Shown: positions 20,731 to 30,917, counted from the first letter of the stretch. The stretch is 64,000 bases of DNA from an uncultured Planctomycetaceae bacterium (GCA_903885565.1 CAISJI010000010.1:899-64898), one strand, 5' to 3'. Numbers and translations are program-made. The notes: generated from the letters alone by a model not told the origin.

Positions 20731-21204
20731 TCAAGTCTCCCTGGCGGGTTTTTCGTTTTCGCCCTCGGGGCCTTCCAGTCTGGCGACGTCGGCAAGATCT
20801 TGCGGCCGCCCGGTAGCTCTTTTATTGGCGATGAGATGGGGCTTGGAGAGCATCTGAAAGGGAATGCCGGCGATCCTGCACTCGACTCGGTCCCGCCATG
20901 CCTCGTCGAAGGAGACGCCGTCGATGCTCGTCAGCAGGTCGATTCGATTTGGCGGGAGACCAATCTGATAGACAATATCTGCTTGGGTGAATGTCGCCTC
21001 AGTGAGCCGGCTGCGGGGGGCTCCGAAGCGTGCCAAGGCCCGCCATAGCCGAGCGGCGTTGGCAGGCGTTGGCCGAACCCACAGATCGATGTCGCCGGTC
21101 GCCCGGGGAATCCCATGGCCAGCCACCGCGTAGGCACCCACGACAAGGTATTCAACGCTCTCGTCGGCTAAGGCACTCAACATCTCGGCGAAGTCGCGAT
21201 TCAT
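20731..21204 (-). CDS. Pol-beta-superfamily nucleotidyltransferase (MenT/DUF6036-like putative toxin) 1
   Basis: YLVVGAYAV..HG.PRATGDIDLWV, IDLLTSIDG, NKRATGRPQDLAD. Confidence 0.85.
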   Translation of the reverse strand: MNRDFAEMLSALADESVEYLVVGAYAVAGHGIPRATGDIDLWVRPTPANAARLWRALARFGAPRSRLTEATFTQADIVYQIGLPPNRIDLLTSIDGVSFDEAWRDRVECRIAGIPFQMLSKPHLIANKRATGRPQDLADVARLEGPEGENEKPARET

Positions 21205-21415
21205 TGTGGGGCTCTCCGCTGAAGGCCCAGGCCGCGAGGGTGATGGGCCACACCATCTCGATGCGCTCAGCCGCAGTCATCGCGGCATAGGGTGATGGCT
21301 CCCTGTCACCGAGCCTGCCGAGCCACTCATGCGATCGCCTCTGGGCCTTGCTCTCGAGGGCAATTTCCCGCGATTGCGGTTCAACAGTCTCGTGAGCAGG
21401 CCGTGGTGTCGCCAT
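21152..21415 (-). CDS. Small partner protein (putative antitoxin) 1
   Basis: MTAAERIEMVW, C-terminal RLRR; overlaps toxin by 53 bp; TATGAT -10 box 7 nt upstream of ATG. Confidence 0.7.
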   Translation of the reverse strand: MATPRPAHETVEPQSREIALESKAQRRSHEWLGRLGDREPSPYAAMTAAERIEMVWPITLAAWAFSGEPHNESRLRRDVECLSRRER

Positions 21416-21545
21416 AACAGCCATCATAACCCGGGCAGTGGAGGGGAGTCGAATCGCGCTCGAGACAGAATGGTGGCAGCCGCCATTTTCGCGTAGGCTG
21501 CTGGCTGGAAGTCGCTACCAGCACTGGCCGCCGCGGTTTGTATTC

Positions 21546-23420
21546 ATGGCGAGGGAGATGCCGATGACAGTTTCCAACTCCGCTGCACCGCAGTCGCCAA
21601 ACCCTGTGCCGTCGTCAAACTCTGTGCCGCCGACGGTTCCCCCCTCCGGCCCCCGTCCCAGCGACGTGGTGCGTGGCCCGCTGGGATGGGGCCGGGAGAC
21701 GGTCGAATCGGTGGTGGTCGCCTTTACTCTGGCGCTTTTATTTCGGGCCTTTGAGGCGGAGGCCTTTGTCATCCCCACCGGATCGATGGCCCCCACGCTG
21801 ATGGGCCGCCACAAGGATCTCGCCTGCGATGCCTGCGGCCGCGACTACCGGGTTGGCTGTAGCGCGGAGGAGGATGACCAATCGCAGAGCTTTCGCGCCG
21901 AGCTCGCCCGGCTCGAGGCGGAAACACTCGCGCTCAAGGCGGCCGCTGCCGACACTGGCCGGGCGCTGCAGGAGCGGGAGGGGGCCCGCCGCCGGCTGGA
22001 ATCGCTGGAGGGCCCACGCGGGCCGCGAGCGCAGCTGCAAAGCCGGCTGGCCAGCAAGCTGATCGCCGCTGCCAAATGCCCCAACTGCGGCCGGGTGATG
22101 CCGCTGGTGGAACAGACTCCCCGCGGCGCCGCCTACGATCCCCGCTATCCCTCCTACAACGGCGACCGCATTCTGGTGAATAAGTTCGCCTACGACTTCA
22201 CCGATCCGAGGCGCTGGGATGTGGTCGTTTTCAAGTATCCGGAGGATGCCAAAACCAACTACATCAAACGGCTGGTGGGGCTGCCGGGAGAGACGGTGTC
22301 GATCGCCGGTGGCGACATCTGGACCAGCCGCGATGGCCTCGCCCCCGAGATCGCCCGCAAGCCCCCCGATCGGATGCAGGCGATGCTGCAGTGTGTGCAT
22401 ACTTCGGAAAATGAATCAGAGGCGCTGTCAAAGGCGGGCTGGCCGATCTGCTGGAGCGATTGGAATGCGGCAGGCCAAGCCCCCGGCTGGACCAGCCCCG
22501 ATTCCGGCCGCACGTTTACAGCAACCACAGCCGCCGGCGCTCCGTCCGCCACGCTGCGCTACCGCCACTTCCTCCCCGGCGCCGACGACTGGGATGCGGT
22601 CGAGGCGGGGGCGTCGCTCTCTGGCAAGGCTGAAGCCACGGTCATCGATGATTTTCAGCCCTACAACGCGATCGCTACCCGGTCGCACTGGGTGGGAGAC
22701 TTGGCGCTGGAAGTGCGGCTTGAAAATCGGAGTGAGGCGGGCAGCGTGGTGCTCGATCTGGTGGAAGCGGGGCAGGTGCATACCTGCACGATCGATCTGG
22801 CCAGCGGTGCGGCGGTGGTAAAGCTGCCGGGCGAGCCAGGGAGTGTGCGGGGGGCCACCCGCGTGCGCGGCCGGGGGGCCTGGACACTCCTGTTTGCCAA
22901 TGTCGATGACGAACTCTCGCTGTTCGTCGATGGCCGGCGGGTTGAGTTTGACCGGCCTGCCACCTGGGTCGCCCCGATCGAGGTAGCGGAAAAGGCCCGG
23001 CCGATCTCCGCCGAGGCAGTGCCGGGAGCTTCCGCGCCGAGCGATCTGTCGCCAGCCGGCGTGACTGTAAGCGGGGCCGATGTGCAGGTGAGCAACCTGC
23101 GGATCCTGCGCGACATCTTCTATATAGGAGCCCACGATGTGGGGATGCGGGCCGGGGAGCTGATCGAACGGCAGCGGCTCGACTTCCCGCTGGAGGAGGA
23201 TCAGTTTTTCGTGCTGGGCGACAACTCGGCCGCCAGCAAGGATAGCCGGCTGTGGGTGGAGGGGCATCATGTCGACCGCCACCTGCTGGTGGGGAGGGCG
23301 TTGGTGATCTTCTGGCCGCATGCGGTGGCGCCAAGCTGGAGTTTTCCGCTGAAAATTGCCGGTATGGAGCTGCGATTGCCCTCATGGCCCAACTTCGCGA
23401 GGATGCGGTTTGTGCGCTAG
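21546..23420 (+). CDS. lepB: Signal peptidase I, planctomycete type
   Basis: IPTGSMAPTL (catalytic Ser), YIKRLVGLPGE (Lys), GDNSAASKDSR; CxxC...CPNC insert; start uncertain. Confidence 0.92.
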   Translation: MAREMPMTVSNSAAPQSPNPVPSSNSVPPTVPPSGPRPSDVVRGPLGWGRETVESVVVAFTLALLFRAFEAEAFVIPTGSMAPTLMGRHKDLACDACGRDYRVGCSAEEDDQSQSFRAELARLEAETLALKAAAADTGRALQEREGARRRLESLEGPRGPRAQLQSRLASKLIAAAKCPNCGRVMPLVEQTPRGAAYDPRYPSYNGDRILVNKFAYDFTDPRRWDVVVFKYPEDAKTNYIKRLVGLPGETVSIAGGDIWTSRDGLAPEIARKPPDRMQAMLQCVHTSENESEALSKAGWPICWSDWNAAGQAPGWTSPDSGRTFTATTAAGAPSATLRYRHFLPGADDWDAVEAGASLSGKAEATVIDDFQPYNAIATRSHWVGDLALEVRLENRSEAGSVVLDLVEAGQVHTCTIDLASGAAVVKLPGEPGSVRGATRVRGRGAWTLLFANVDDELSLFVDGRRVEFDRPATWVAPIEVAEKARPISAEAVPGASAPSDLSPAGVTVSGADVQVSNLRILRDIFYIGAHDVGMRAGELIERQRLDFPLEEDQFFVLGDNSAASKDSRLWVEGHHVDRHLLVGRALVIFWPHAVAPSWSFPLKIAGMELRLPSWPNFARMRFVR

Positions 23421-23468
23421 CTGCCGGAAGGCTCTGCCGGCGGCCCGCACAGCCTCACGGAGGAGCTC

Positions 23469-24203
23469 ATGCCGCTGTTGTCGGTCGCAGGACTGGTGAA
23501 GAACTACGGCCGCCGCCGGGTGGTGGACGGTGTCGATTTCCATGTCGAGACCGGCGAGATCGTCGGCCTGCTCGGGCCCAACGGCGCCGGCAAAACCACC
23601 AGCTTCCGGATGACCTGCGGCATGGTGATCCCCGATGCCGGCCGGGTGCTGCTCGACGACAACGACATCACCCACTGGCCGATGTACAAGCGGGCCCGCG
23701 ACGGCGGGATGGGATATCTCGCCCAGGAACAGAGCGTGTTCCGCAAGCTCACGGTGGAACAGAACCTGCTGGCGATCATGGAGCTGGTGGGGATGGATCG
23801 GAAGGAGCGCCGCCGCCGCTGCGAGGAACTGCTCGAGCAGTTCGACATCACCCGCATCCGCAAGTCGAAGGCGCACTACATCTCCGGCGGGGAGAAGCGG
23901 CGCCTGGAGATTGCCCGCTGCCTCGTCACCGAGCCGCGCATCATCCTGCTCGACGAACCATTCACCGGCATCGATCCGGTGACAATCCATTCGATCCAGA
24001 AGATCATCGTCGCCCTGCGCGATGGCGGCATCTCGATTTTGATCACCGACCACCGCGAACGGGAAACGCTGGCGATCACCGATCGCAGCTATGTGGTGCG
24101 GGCCGGCAAGGTGCTCTGCCACGGCACGGCGCAGGAGGTGCTCACCAACCCCGATGCCAAGAAGTATTACTTTGGCGAGAGCCCCGGCGTGGAAGCGGCT
24201 TGA
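23469..24203 (+). CDS. lptB: LPS export ABC transporter ATPase
   Basis: GPNGAGKTTSF, SGGEKRRLEIAR, LLDEPFTGIDP, ILITDH. Confidence 0.93.
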   Translation: MPLLSVAGLVKNYGRRRVVDGVDFHVETGEIVGLLGPNGAGKTTSFRMTCGMVIPDAGRVLLDDNDITHWPMYKRARDGGMGYLAQEQSVFRKLTVEQNLLAIMELVGMDRKERRRRCEELLEQFDITRIRKSKAHYISGGEKRRLEIARCLVTEPRIILLDEPFTGIDPVTIHSIQKIIVALRDGGISILITDHRERETLAITDRSYVVRAGKVLCHGTAQEVLTNPDAKKYYFGESPGVEAA

Positions 24204-24283
24204 GCGACGATTCCGGAGTCTGGGTGGTAGTATGAGATACTCAAAATCAGTCTCTTCAATCTCTCTCTGCGGAAACCACTCCC

Positions 24284-25264
24284 ATGCGATGCCCGTCTTC
24301 TCTGGCCCGCTGTGAATCGCGGCGTGCGTTCCTGCTTGCCAGCGCACTCCTTTTTATGGCTGCCGGCGCGGTTCCAGCCGCTGAGGCCACCACGCGGCGC
24401 ATCCTCGTCTGCGGGCAGCAGACGGCGCTCCTGGAGATCTCAGCGGAGCACCCGGCTGGAAAAAAGCTCTGGAGCCATCCGGCGAGCACGCGCGAGGGAT
24501 GGGTGTTACCCAGTGGCAACGTGTTGCTTGCGCTCTCTCGCGGGGCGGAGACGCCAGGCGGGGCGGCGGTGGAGATTGAACCCGGCCGGGAGGGGGCTGC
24601 CGACCGGGTGGTGTGGCGGTATGACGGCCGACAGGAGGAGGTCAACAGCATCCAGAAGACTGCTGAAGGCACGTATGTGCTCACTGAGGCCGGGCCAACC
24701 CCAAAACTGCTCGAGATCGCGGCAGACGGAAACGTGAAGGTGGATTTTCCGCTGGCCTGTCAGAAGGGCAATGCCCACATGCAGTCGCGGATGGCCCGCA
24801 AGCAGAAAGACGGGACATTTCTCGTGCCGCATCTGCTCGACTTCGCCATCATCCGCTACGACGCCTCGGGCAAGGAACTCTCCCGGATCGACACCCATGT
24901 GCCGGGTGAGCCGGGCATCAACAGCTGGCCTTTCACGGCGATTGCGCTGGCCGATGGCGGCATGCTCTCGAGCCTCACCAACGGCAATCGGGTGGTGGAG
25001 TTTGATTCCACGGGAAAAGTGCGCTGGCAGATCACCGCCGCCGACACTGCCGACCGGATCAGCGATGCCTGCGGCATCCAGCGGCTGCCCAGTGGCAACA
25101 CGATGATCGCCAGCTATCACATCGGGCAGGGGGGCGTGCGCTTGCTGGAGGTGACGCCGGCCAAGGAGGTGGTTTGGACGTGGGCGGCGGAGGTGCCGGC
25201 CGTCCACCATTTTCATGTGGTGGCCGTCAACGGCATCGATCTGGCTGCCCCGGCCCTGCGATAA
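24284..25264 (+). CDS. Secreted beta-propeller hypothetical protein
   Basis: RRAFL Tat-like signal; repeated LPSGN(V/T)L and E.....GKV.W blades. Confidence 0.75.
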   Translation: MRCPSSLARCESRRAFLLASALLFMAAGAVPAAEATTRRILVCGQQTALLEISAEHPAGKKLWSHPASTREGWVLPSGNVLLALSRGAETPGGAAVEIEPGREGAADRVVWRYDGRQEEVNSIQKTAEGTYVLTEAGPTPKLLEIAADGNVKVDFPLACQKGNAHMQSRMARKQKDGTFLVPHLLDFAIIRYDASGKELSRIDTHVPGEPGINSWPFTAIALADGGMLSSLTNGNRVVEFDSTGKVRWQITAADTADRISDACGIQRLPSGNTMIASYHIGQGGVRLLEVTPAKEVVWTWAAEVPAVHHFHVVAVNGIDLAAPALR

Positions 25265-25421
25265 AGCCGTTGTGCAGTCTCCAGCGCAGGTGCAGTTTTT
25301 TGGCCGATTGGCTGAAAGCGGCTCCTTTCCCAGTCTTTTGAGCTCCTCCTGTCGCTCGCGGGGTGGAGTAGAATTGAGGAAAGTGGCCCGCGGGTGGGCC
25401 CGTGGCCTTGGAAGAGAAAAC

Positions 25422-28400
25422 GTGATACTCACCCAGCGGTTGGTGGCCCGGTTCGGTGGCGTCGTTTCCCGGGGGCTTTTGACCAGCGGGTTGATGGGAG
25501 CCTGCCTCTGGGCAGGACTCCTCGTGATGGCGCAGCCAGCGCTTGCCGAAGCCGCCACGGGCGGCGAAGACGCCGAGTTTTTTGAGTCGCAGGTGCGGCC
25601 GCTGCTGGTGGCGCACTGCGCCGAGTGCCATTCGCGAAAAACAGGCGAGCCCGAGGGGGGGCTGTCGTTCGACTCACGAGCCGATTTTTTTGCTGCAGAA
25701 AGCGTGGCCGTGCCGGGCGAGCCGGAGAAGAGCCTGCTGGTGCAGGTGGTGCGGTATGACGGTGACCTGCAGATGCCCCCCGACGGCAAGCTGCCCGCTG
25801 CGGCGATCGCCACGCTCGAGGAATGGGTCCGCCGCGGTCTCCCCTGGCCCGCTGATGGCCAAGCAGCTGGCGGCTTGGCCGCGTTTGATCTCCCCAAACG
25901 CCGCAGCGAGCACTGGTGCTGGCAGCCGCCGGTTGTCACGCCGCCGCCGGCAGTAGCCAATGCAGCCTGGTGCCGCAGCGATATCGATCGCTTTGTGCTC
26001 GCCCGGCTGGAGGCTGCCGGCCTCTCGCCGGCACCGGAAGCCCCGCGGGATGTGCTCGTGCGCCGCTCGAGCGAACTGCTCACCGGGCTGCCGGCGGATC
26101 AAAAGGATCTGGCCCGGGTCGTCGCCGATCCCGATCCGCTGGCGTTTGAAAAATATGTCGACCAACTCCTCGCCTCACCCCACTACGGCGAACGCTTCGC
26201 GCGCCATTGGCTCGATGTGGTGCGCTATGCCGAAACGCGGGGCCACGAATTCGATCTGCCGATCCCCAATGCCTGGCGCTACCGCGATTGGGTGCTCAAG
26301 GCGTTGAACGCCGATCTGCCCTACGATCAGTTTGTGCGCGAGCAGATTGCCGGCGACCTGCTTGCGCATCCGCGGCTCGATCCGCAGTCGGGGGCGAACG
26401 AATCGGTGGTCGGAACCGGCTTCTGGTATCTGGGGGAGGAGGTCCACTCGCCCGTCGACATCGCCCAGGATGATGCCGACCGCACCGACAACCGGGTCGA
26501 CACGTTTGGCAAGGCGTTTCTCGGCTTGGCCCTCGGCTGTGCCCGCTGCCACGACCACAAATTCGACGCCATCTCCAACGAAGACTACTACGCCATCGCC
26601 GGCATGCTGATGTCGAGCAGTTATCGGCAGGTGCCATTTGAAACGCTCGAAGCCAATCGGCAGGTGGCCACGCAACTCGCCGCCGCCGATGCCGAGGCGC
26701 GTCGGGCGCTGCTGCCTCTGGTAGCCCGGTGCCTTGAGCCATTGGCCGGCGAAGTGGCCAGCGTGTTGCCCGAGACGGCTGCGCTTGACGCCGCCGCAGG
26801 CCGGCTGGCGACGCTCGAGGCAGCGGCCCGCAGCGAGCGGGTGCTGGCCGATTACACCGCCGGTCGGCAAGCCACCCCGATCATTTCCGATGCGTTTGCC
26901 TGGGGGCTCGCTGCCCTTCCCCCCGGGCAGCCCGGTCTCCTGCCGGGGGCAGAGGGGCAGCCGCCTGTTGTGTCCCTCCTGGCTGGTGGCGCGGCGCGCA
27001 GTGATGCCATCTGGTCCACAACCAAATCGACCGGCGAACTCGATATCGGCGAGCAGGGAAAACTCGACCGGGCCGGGCGGGTGTTGCGCACGCCCAAATT
27101 CCGGCTGGAAGAGGGAATGCTCTGGTATCGCGTGCGGGGGCATCTGCAGATCCTCGCCGTGGTCGACAGCCATGTAACGCTCTTCGGTCCGCTCCATATC
27201 GGCACGCTCACAGCGGTCGATACCAAGGGGCAGTGGCAGTGGGTTGGCCACGATCTGCGGAGCTACAAGGGCCATTTGGTGCATGTCGAATTCGCCACCA
27301 AGGAAGGGACCGCGGAGGTGGCTGAGGTGGTGGAATCGGCTGCCGAGCCGCAGCGGCTCGATCCGCTCGAGCGGTTTTTGGCGCAGCGGCAGCCGGGGGG
27401 TCGCGCGGCAGTGGAGCAGGCTGGTGGAGAACTTCTCGCCGCTACCCTGCAGGCCTGCCGCGATGGCACGCTCTGCGATCTGCCTCAGGCCGGCGCGATG
27501 GCGGCGCTTGCCACCCGGCTGCTGGCCAGTCCGCGGCTGGAGAACGTGGCCAGTGCGGCAGTGGCAGAGCTGCGCAGCCGGGCCGAGAGCCTCGCTACCG
27601 CCCGCGAAAAAATAACAGCAGAGGCAAAGCTGGTGTCGGCGACGGCGCCCGCGATTCTGGATGGCAACGGCATCGAGCAACGCGTTCTTCTCAAGGGTTC
27701 GGCCGCCCGCCCCGGAGAGCTTGCGCCCAGGCGCTTTCTGGAGGCGATTGACGGCCCCGCTCAGCCGGCGTGGCCAACAGAATCTTCCGGTCGCCGGGAA
27801 CTGGCCGACCGGGTGCTCGATCCAGCCAACCCGCTCACTTCCCGCGTGGCGGTCAATCGGCTCTGGCACCATCTCTTCGGCCGCGGTCTCGTGCCGACCA
27901 CCGACAATTTCGGCAAGCTCGGCGAGCCGGCTGCCGATCCTCTCGCCTTGGCGCTGCTCGACAGCTTGGCGATTCGGTTTCGTCAGGAGGGCTGGAGCAT
28001 CAAGCGGCTGGTGAAGGAGATCGTGACCAGCAGCACATGGCGCTCCAGCAGCGCCCGCGATCCTCAGGCAGTGCTGGCCGATCCGCTCAATCGCCTCTTC
28101 CACCACTATCCGTTGCGACGGCTGGAGGGGGAGGCGGTTCGCGACAAGATTCTGGCTGTGTCGGGCCGGCTGGACCGCACGGTGGGGGGCCCGCCGGTGG
28201 ATGTGTCGCTCTCTGATTTCCACGAGGGACGGGGGAAGCCGGCCTCGGGGCCGCTCGACGGCAATGGCCGCCGCAGCCTCTATACCAAGATCCGCCGCAA
28301 TTTCCTCCCCGGATTTCTCCTCGCCTTCGACATGCCGGTGCCTTTTCAGGCGATGGGAAGACGCAATGTGACGAACGTTCCTGCGCAGGCGCTGACGATG

Positions 28401-28676
28401 ATGAACGATCCGTTTGTGATCGAGCAGGCGGGCCTGTGGGCCAAAAAGATCCTCACCGATGAAACGCTGCTGCCCGAGCCCCGGGTCGAGCGCATGTATC
28501 TGGAGGCCTTTGCCCGGCCTCCGCAGGGAGAAGAACAGCTCGCTGCGATCGATTTTCTCAGGCAGCAGGCGCAGCTGCATGGCGTCGACTTCTCCTCCAA
28601 TCCCCGCTGTGAGGCAGCCTGGGCCGATCTGGCCCATGCTCTGATCAACAGCAAGGAGTTTATTTTCGTCCCATGA
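25422..28676 (+). CDS. Planctomycete cytochrome c + DUF1549 + DUF1553 protein 1
   Basis: FFESQVRPLL..CAECH, HYGERFARHWLDVVRYAE, CARCHDHKFD, NPLTSRVAVNRLW, PAQAL; start uncertain. Confidence 0.92.
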   Translation: MILTQRLVARFGGVVSRGLLTSGLMGACLWAGLLVMAQPALAEAATGGEDAEFFESQVRPLLVAHCAECHSRKTGEPEGGLSFDSRADFFAAESVAVPGEPEKSLLVQVVRYDGDLQMPPDGKLPAAAIATLEEWVRRGLPWPADGQAAGGLAAFDLPKRRSEHWCWQPPVVTPPPAVANAAWCRSDIDRFVLARLEAAGLSPAPEAPRDVLVRRSSELLTGLPADQKDLARVVADPDPLAFEKYVDQLLASPHYGERFARHWLDVVRYAETRGHEFDLPIPNAWRYRDWVLKALNADLPYDQFVREQIAGDLLAHPRLDPQSGANESVVGTGFWYLGEEVHSPVDIAQDDADRTDNRVDTFGKAFLGLALGCARCHDHKFDAISNEDYYAIAGMLMSSSYRQVPFETLEANRQVATQLAAADAEARRALLPLVARCLEPLAGEVASVLPETAALDAAAGRLATLEAAARSERVLADYTAGRQATPIISDAFAWGLAALPPGQPGLLPGAEGQPPVVSLLAGGAARSDAIWSTTKSTGELDIGEQGKLDRAGRVLRTPKFRLEEGMLWYRVRGHLQILAVVDSHVTLFGPLHIGTLTAVDTKGQWQWVGHDLRSYKGHLVHVEFATKEGTAEVAEVVESAAEPQRLDPLERFLAQRQPGGRAAVEQAGGELLAATLQACRDGTLCDLPQAGAMAALATRLLASPRLENVASAAVAELRSRAESLATAREKITAEAKLVSATAPAILDGNGIEQRVLLKGSAARPGELAPRRFLEAIDGPAQPAWPTESSGRRELADRVLDPANPLTSRVAVNRLWHHLFGRGLVPTTDNFGKLGEPAADPLALALLDSLAIRFRQEGWSIKRLVKEIVTSSTWRSSSARDPQAVLADPLNRLFHHYPLRRLEGEAVRDKILAVSGRLDRTVGGPPVDVSLSDFHEGRGKPASGPLDGNGRRSLYTKIRRNFLPGFLLAFDMPVPFQAMGRRNVTNVPAQALTMMNDPFVIEQAGLWAKKILTDETLLPEPRVERMYLEAFARPPQGEEQLAAIDFLRQQAQLHGVDFSSNPRCEAAWADLAHALINSKEFIFVP

Positions 28677-30118
28677 AAAAGTCTTCCCATCACTGCGGTC
28701 GGTTTCTGCCCGCGCCCCTCTCCCGGCGCGAGATGCTCGCACAGGCGGCCTGTGGATTTGGCGCTGTCGCCGCCTCGGCGCTCTTGTCCCGCACTGGCCT
28801 GGCCACCTCGAGCGGCCCGGCGTTGGCCACGCACCATGCGGCCAAGGCGACCAGCATCATCTTTCTCTACATGGATGGTGGCGTGTCGCAGGTTGACAGC
28901 TTCGATCCGAAGCCGCGGTTGGAGCAGGATGCCGGCAAAGATCCCCACCGCCTGTTCAAGGTCGATGCGACACAGTTCAACAATGTTGGATCGATGTTGC
29001 CGAGTCTGTGGAAATTCAACCGCTACGGCCAGAGCGGCATTCCGATCAGTGAGCTTTTTCCCCACATTGGCACAGTGGCTGACGAACTGGCTGTGGTGCG
29101 GTCGATGACGAGCGAATTTCCCGAACACACCAACGCCAACTATTTCCTCCATACCGGCAGTGGGTTGCAGGGTCGGCCGAGCATGGGGGCGTGGACAAAC
29201 TACGGCTTGGGGAGCGAGAACGACGATCTGCCGGGGTTTATCATCGTCAACGGCGGCCTGATTCCTCCCGGTGGCCTCGATAACTTCACCAACGGTTTCC
29301 TCCCGGCGACATTTCAGGGATCGGTCTTCAAGCCGACGGTGACGGGGCTTTCGAATGTGTCGCCGCGCGAAGCCTCGGCGGCGCTGCAGTCGGCCAAGCT
29401 CGATTTCACCCGCCGCAACGACCGCGCCTTTGCCGGGCGGCTCACTTCAGGCGATACGGCTCCCGACGCCTTGGAAAGCGCGATCGCCAATCAGGAACTG
29501 GCCTACCGGATGCAGGCAGCGGTGCCCAACCTGCTCGATCTGGCCGACGAGACAGCAGCCACCAAGCGGGCGTATGGCTGCGATGCCGAGTTTGCCCCGA
29601 CCAAGATCTTTGCCAACGAATGCCTGCTCGCCCGCCGGATGGTGGAGCGGGGCGTGCGGTTTATCGAACTGACCTGCCCGAGCCTCGGGGCCGATCGTTG
29701 GGATCAGCACGGCAACCTGCGCGAGGGGCATGCCAACAACGCCCGCGCCGTCGATCAACCGATCGCCGCCCTGATCCAGGATCTGCGGCAGCGGGGGCTG
29801 CTCGAAACGACGCTGGTGGTTTGGAGCGGCGAATTCGGCCGCACTCCTTTTGCTCAAGGGGGCGATGGCCGCGATCACAATCCTCAGGCCTTCTCAATAT
29901 GGATGGCTGGTGGAGGAGTGAAGGGGGGCACGATCGTGGGCGCCACCGACGACTATGGCTATCGGGTGGTGGAAAAGAAGTTCATGATCCACGATCTCCA
30001 CGCCACGATGCTCCATCTGATGGGCATCGACCACACGCGCCTGACCTACCGTTTCAGCGGCCGCGACATGCGGCTGACCGACATCCACGGCCATGTCATG
30101 CACGATGTTTTGGCCTAA
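28673..30118 (+). CDS. DUF1501 protein 1
   Basis: SRREML Tat, MDGGVSQVDSFDPK, WDQH, GEFGRTP, GRDHN. Confidence 0.93.
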   Translation: MKKSSHHCGRFLPAPLSRREMLAQAACGFGAVAASALLSRTGLATSSGPALATHHAAKATSIIFLYMDGGVSQVDSFDPKPRLEQDAGKDPHRLFKVDATQFNNVGSMLPSLWKFNRYGQSGIPISELFPHIGTVADELAVVRSMTSEFPEHTNANYFLHTGSGLQGRPSMGAWTNYGLGSENDDLPGFIIVNGGLIPPGGLDNFTNGFLPATFQGSVFKPTVTGLSNVSPREASAALQSAKLDFTRRNDRAFAGRLTSGDTAPDALESAIANQELAYRMQAAVPNLLDLADETAATKRAYGCDAEFAPTKIFANECLLARRMVERGVRFIELTCPSLGADRWDQHGNLREGHANNARAVDQPIAALIQDLRQRGLLETTLVVWSGEFGRTPFAQGGDGRDHNPQAFSIWMAGGGVKGGTIVGATDDYGYRVVEKKFMIHDLHATMLHLMGIDHTRLTYRFSGRDMRLTDIHGHVMHDVLA

Positions 30119-30272
30119 CAGCAGCCGGGATATCAGGAGCGACACCGGGATAAATACATCGAGCGATTGAGGCGCAGGGGTCGGCGAACGCTTGAGGAGC
30201 GCAAGCGACGAAACTTTTGCCTCCCCGAAGCCGACGCTCCACGTAAGGCGGATGCGACCTAACAGCAGCCGG
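30114..30272 (+). mobile_element. MITE family B copy 2 with 15-bp flanking direct repeat
   Basis: Core GGGGTCGGCGAACGCTTGAGGAGCGCAAGCGACGAAACTTTTGCC; CCTAACAGCAGCCGG at 30114 and 30258. Confidence 0.8.
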
Positions 30273-30690
30273 TTCCTCCCACGCCGCATTTTTCCGGCGC
30301 CAGGCAGGCGGTGTGTTTGCTCCCCAGATAGAAGAGCAGGCCGGAGGGGGTGCTCTCTGCGCCGCCAAGGGGATACTGCGAGATCGCATCCCCCTCATAT
30401 TCGATCTCCACCGGCAGCTGGTCTGATCCCAGCAGCGGCTGGGCGATCTCCATGATCTTCGCCAGCTTCGTCGTCTCGAGCCGGTGGTCGACATCATGGG
30501 CCACCCAGACCTGCAATAGGCAGGTGGTGGCCGACCGCACCGTGCCGCCGCAGTCGATGAAATCCTTCTGCACGCGGCCAACCTCCGTGATGTGGAAGTG
30601 GGCTGGCACGAAGCTCTTGTCGGGGAGCATGAAGTGCATTCGCGCGCCCGGATGTGCCGCCAGCAGCTTTTGAACCTCGTTCACATTCAT
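30259..30690 (-). CDS. DUF6428-like protein, Cys-rich tail
   Basis: VPAHFHITEVG..KDFIDCGG, LQVW, KHTACLAPEKC..CC. Confidence 0.8.
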   Translation of the reverse strand: MNVNEVQKLLAAHPGARMHFMLPDKSFVPAHFHITEVGRVQKDFIDCGGTVRSATTCLLQVWVAHDVDHRLETTKLAKIMEIAQPLLGSDQLPVEIEYEGDAISQYPLGGAESTPSGLLFYLGSKHTACLAPEKCGVGGTGCC

Positions 30691-30917
30691 TCCGCACCTT
30701 CCTTTCAAAACCTCATCCTACCGGCCAGCCCAGCTTCCCGCCCGGAAGTGGGGTGTGCGGCGTTTTTCTCAGGAAAACAGCTGCTAAGACACCCTTGCAG
30801 ACCGTCTTGAAATGCAATTTTCGGCAATTACTGTCGAAATCGGCTGTGCAAATCGTTTTACAACAAGCCGGCGGCATGCCAGTGACTGTCGCCGGCCTCA
30901 CTTTCAGGGAGCTGTTC

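Noticed and set aside
26175-28742. Very long antisense ORFs (also 285-2327, 34314-36233, 41334-43319, 57029-59722, 60267-61775)
   Set aside because: Shadows of real genes caused by GC-rich codon bias; no recognisable motifs.
30259-30690. DUF6428 gene as part of a metal/arsenic resistance operon
   Set aside because: No ArsR, transporter or reductase gene adjacent.
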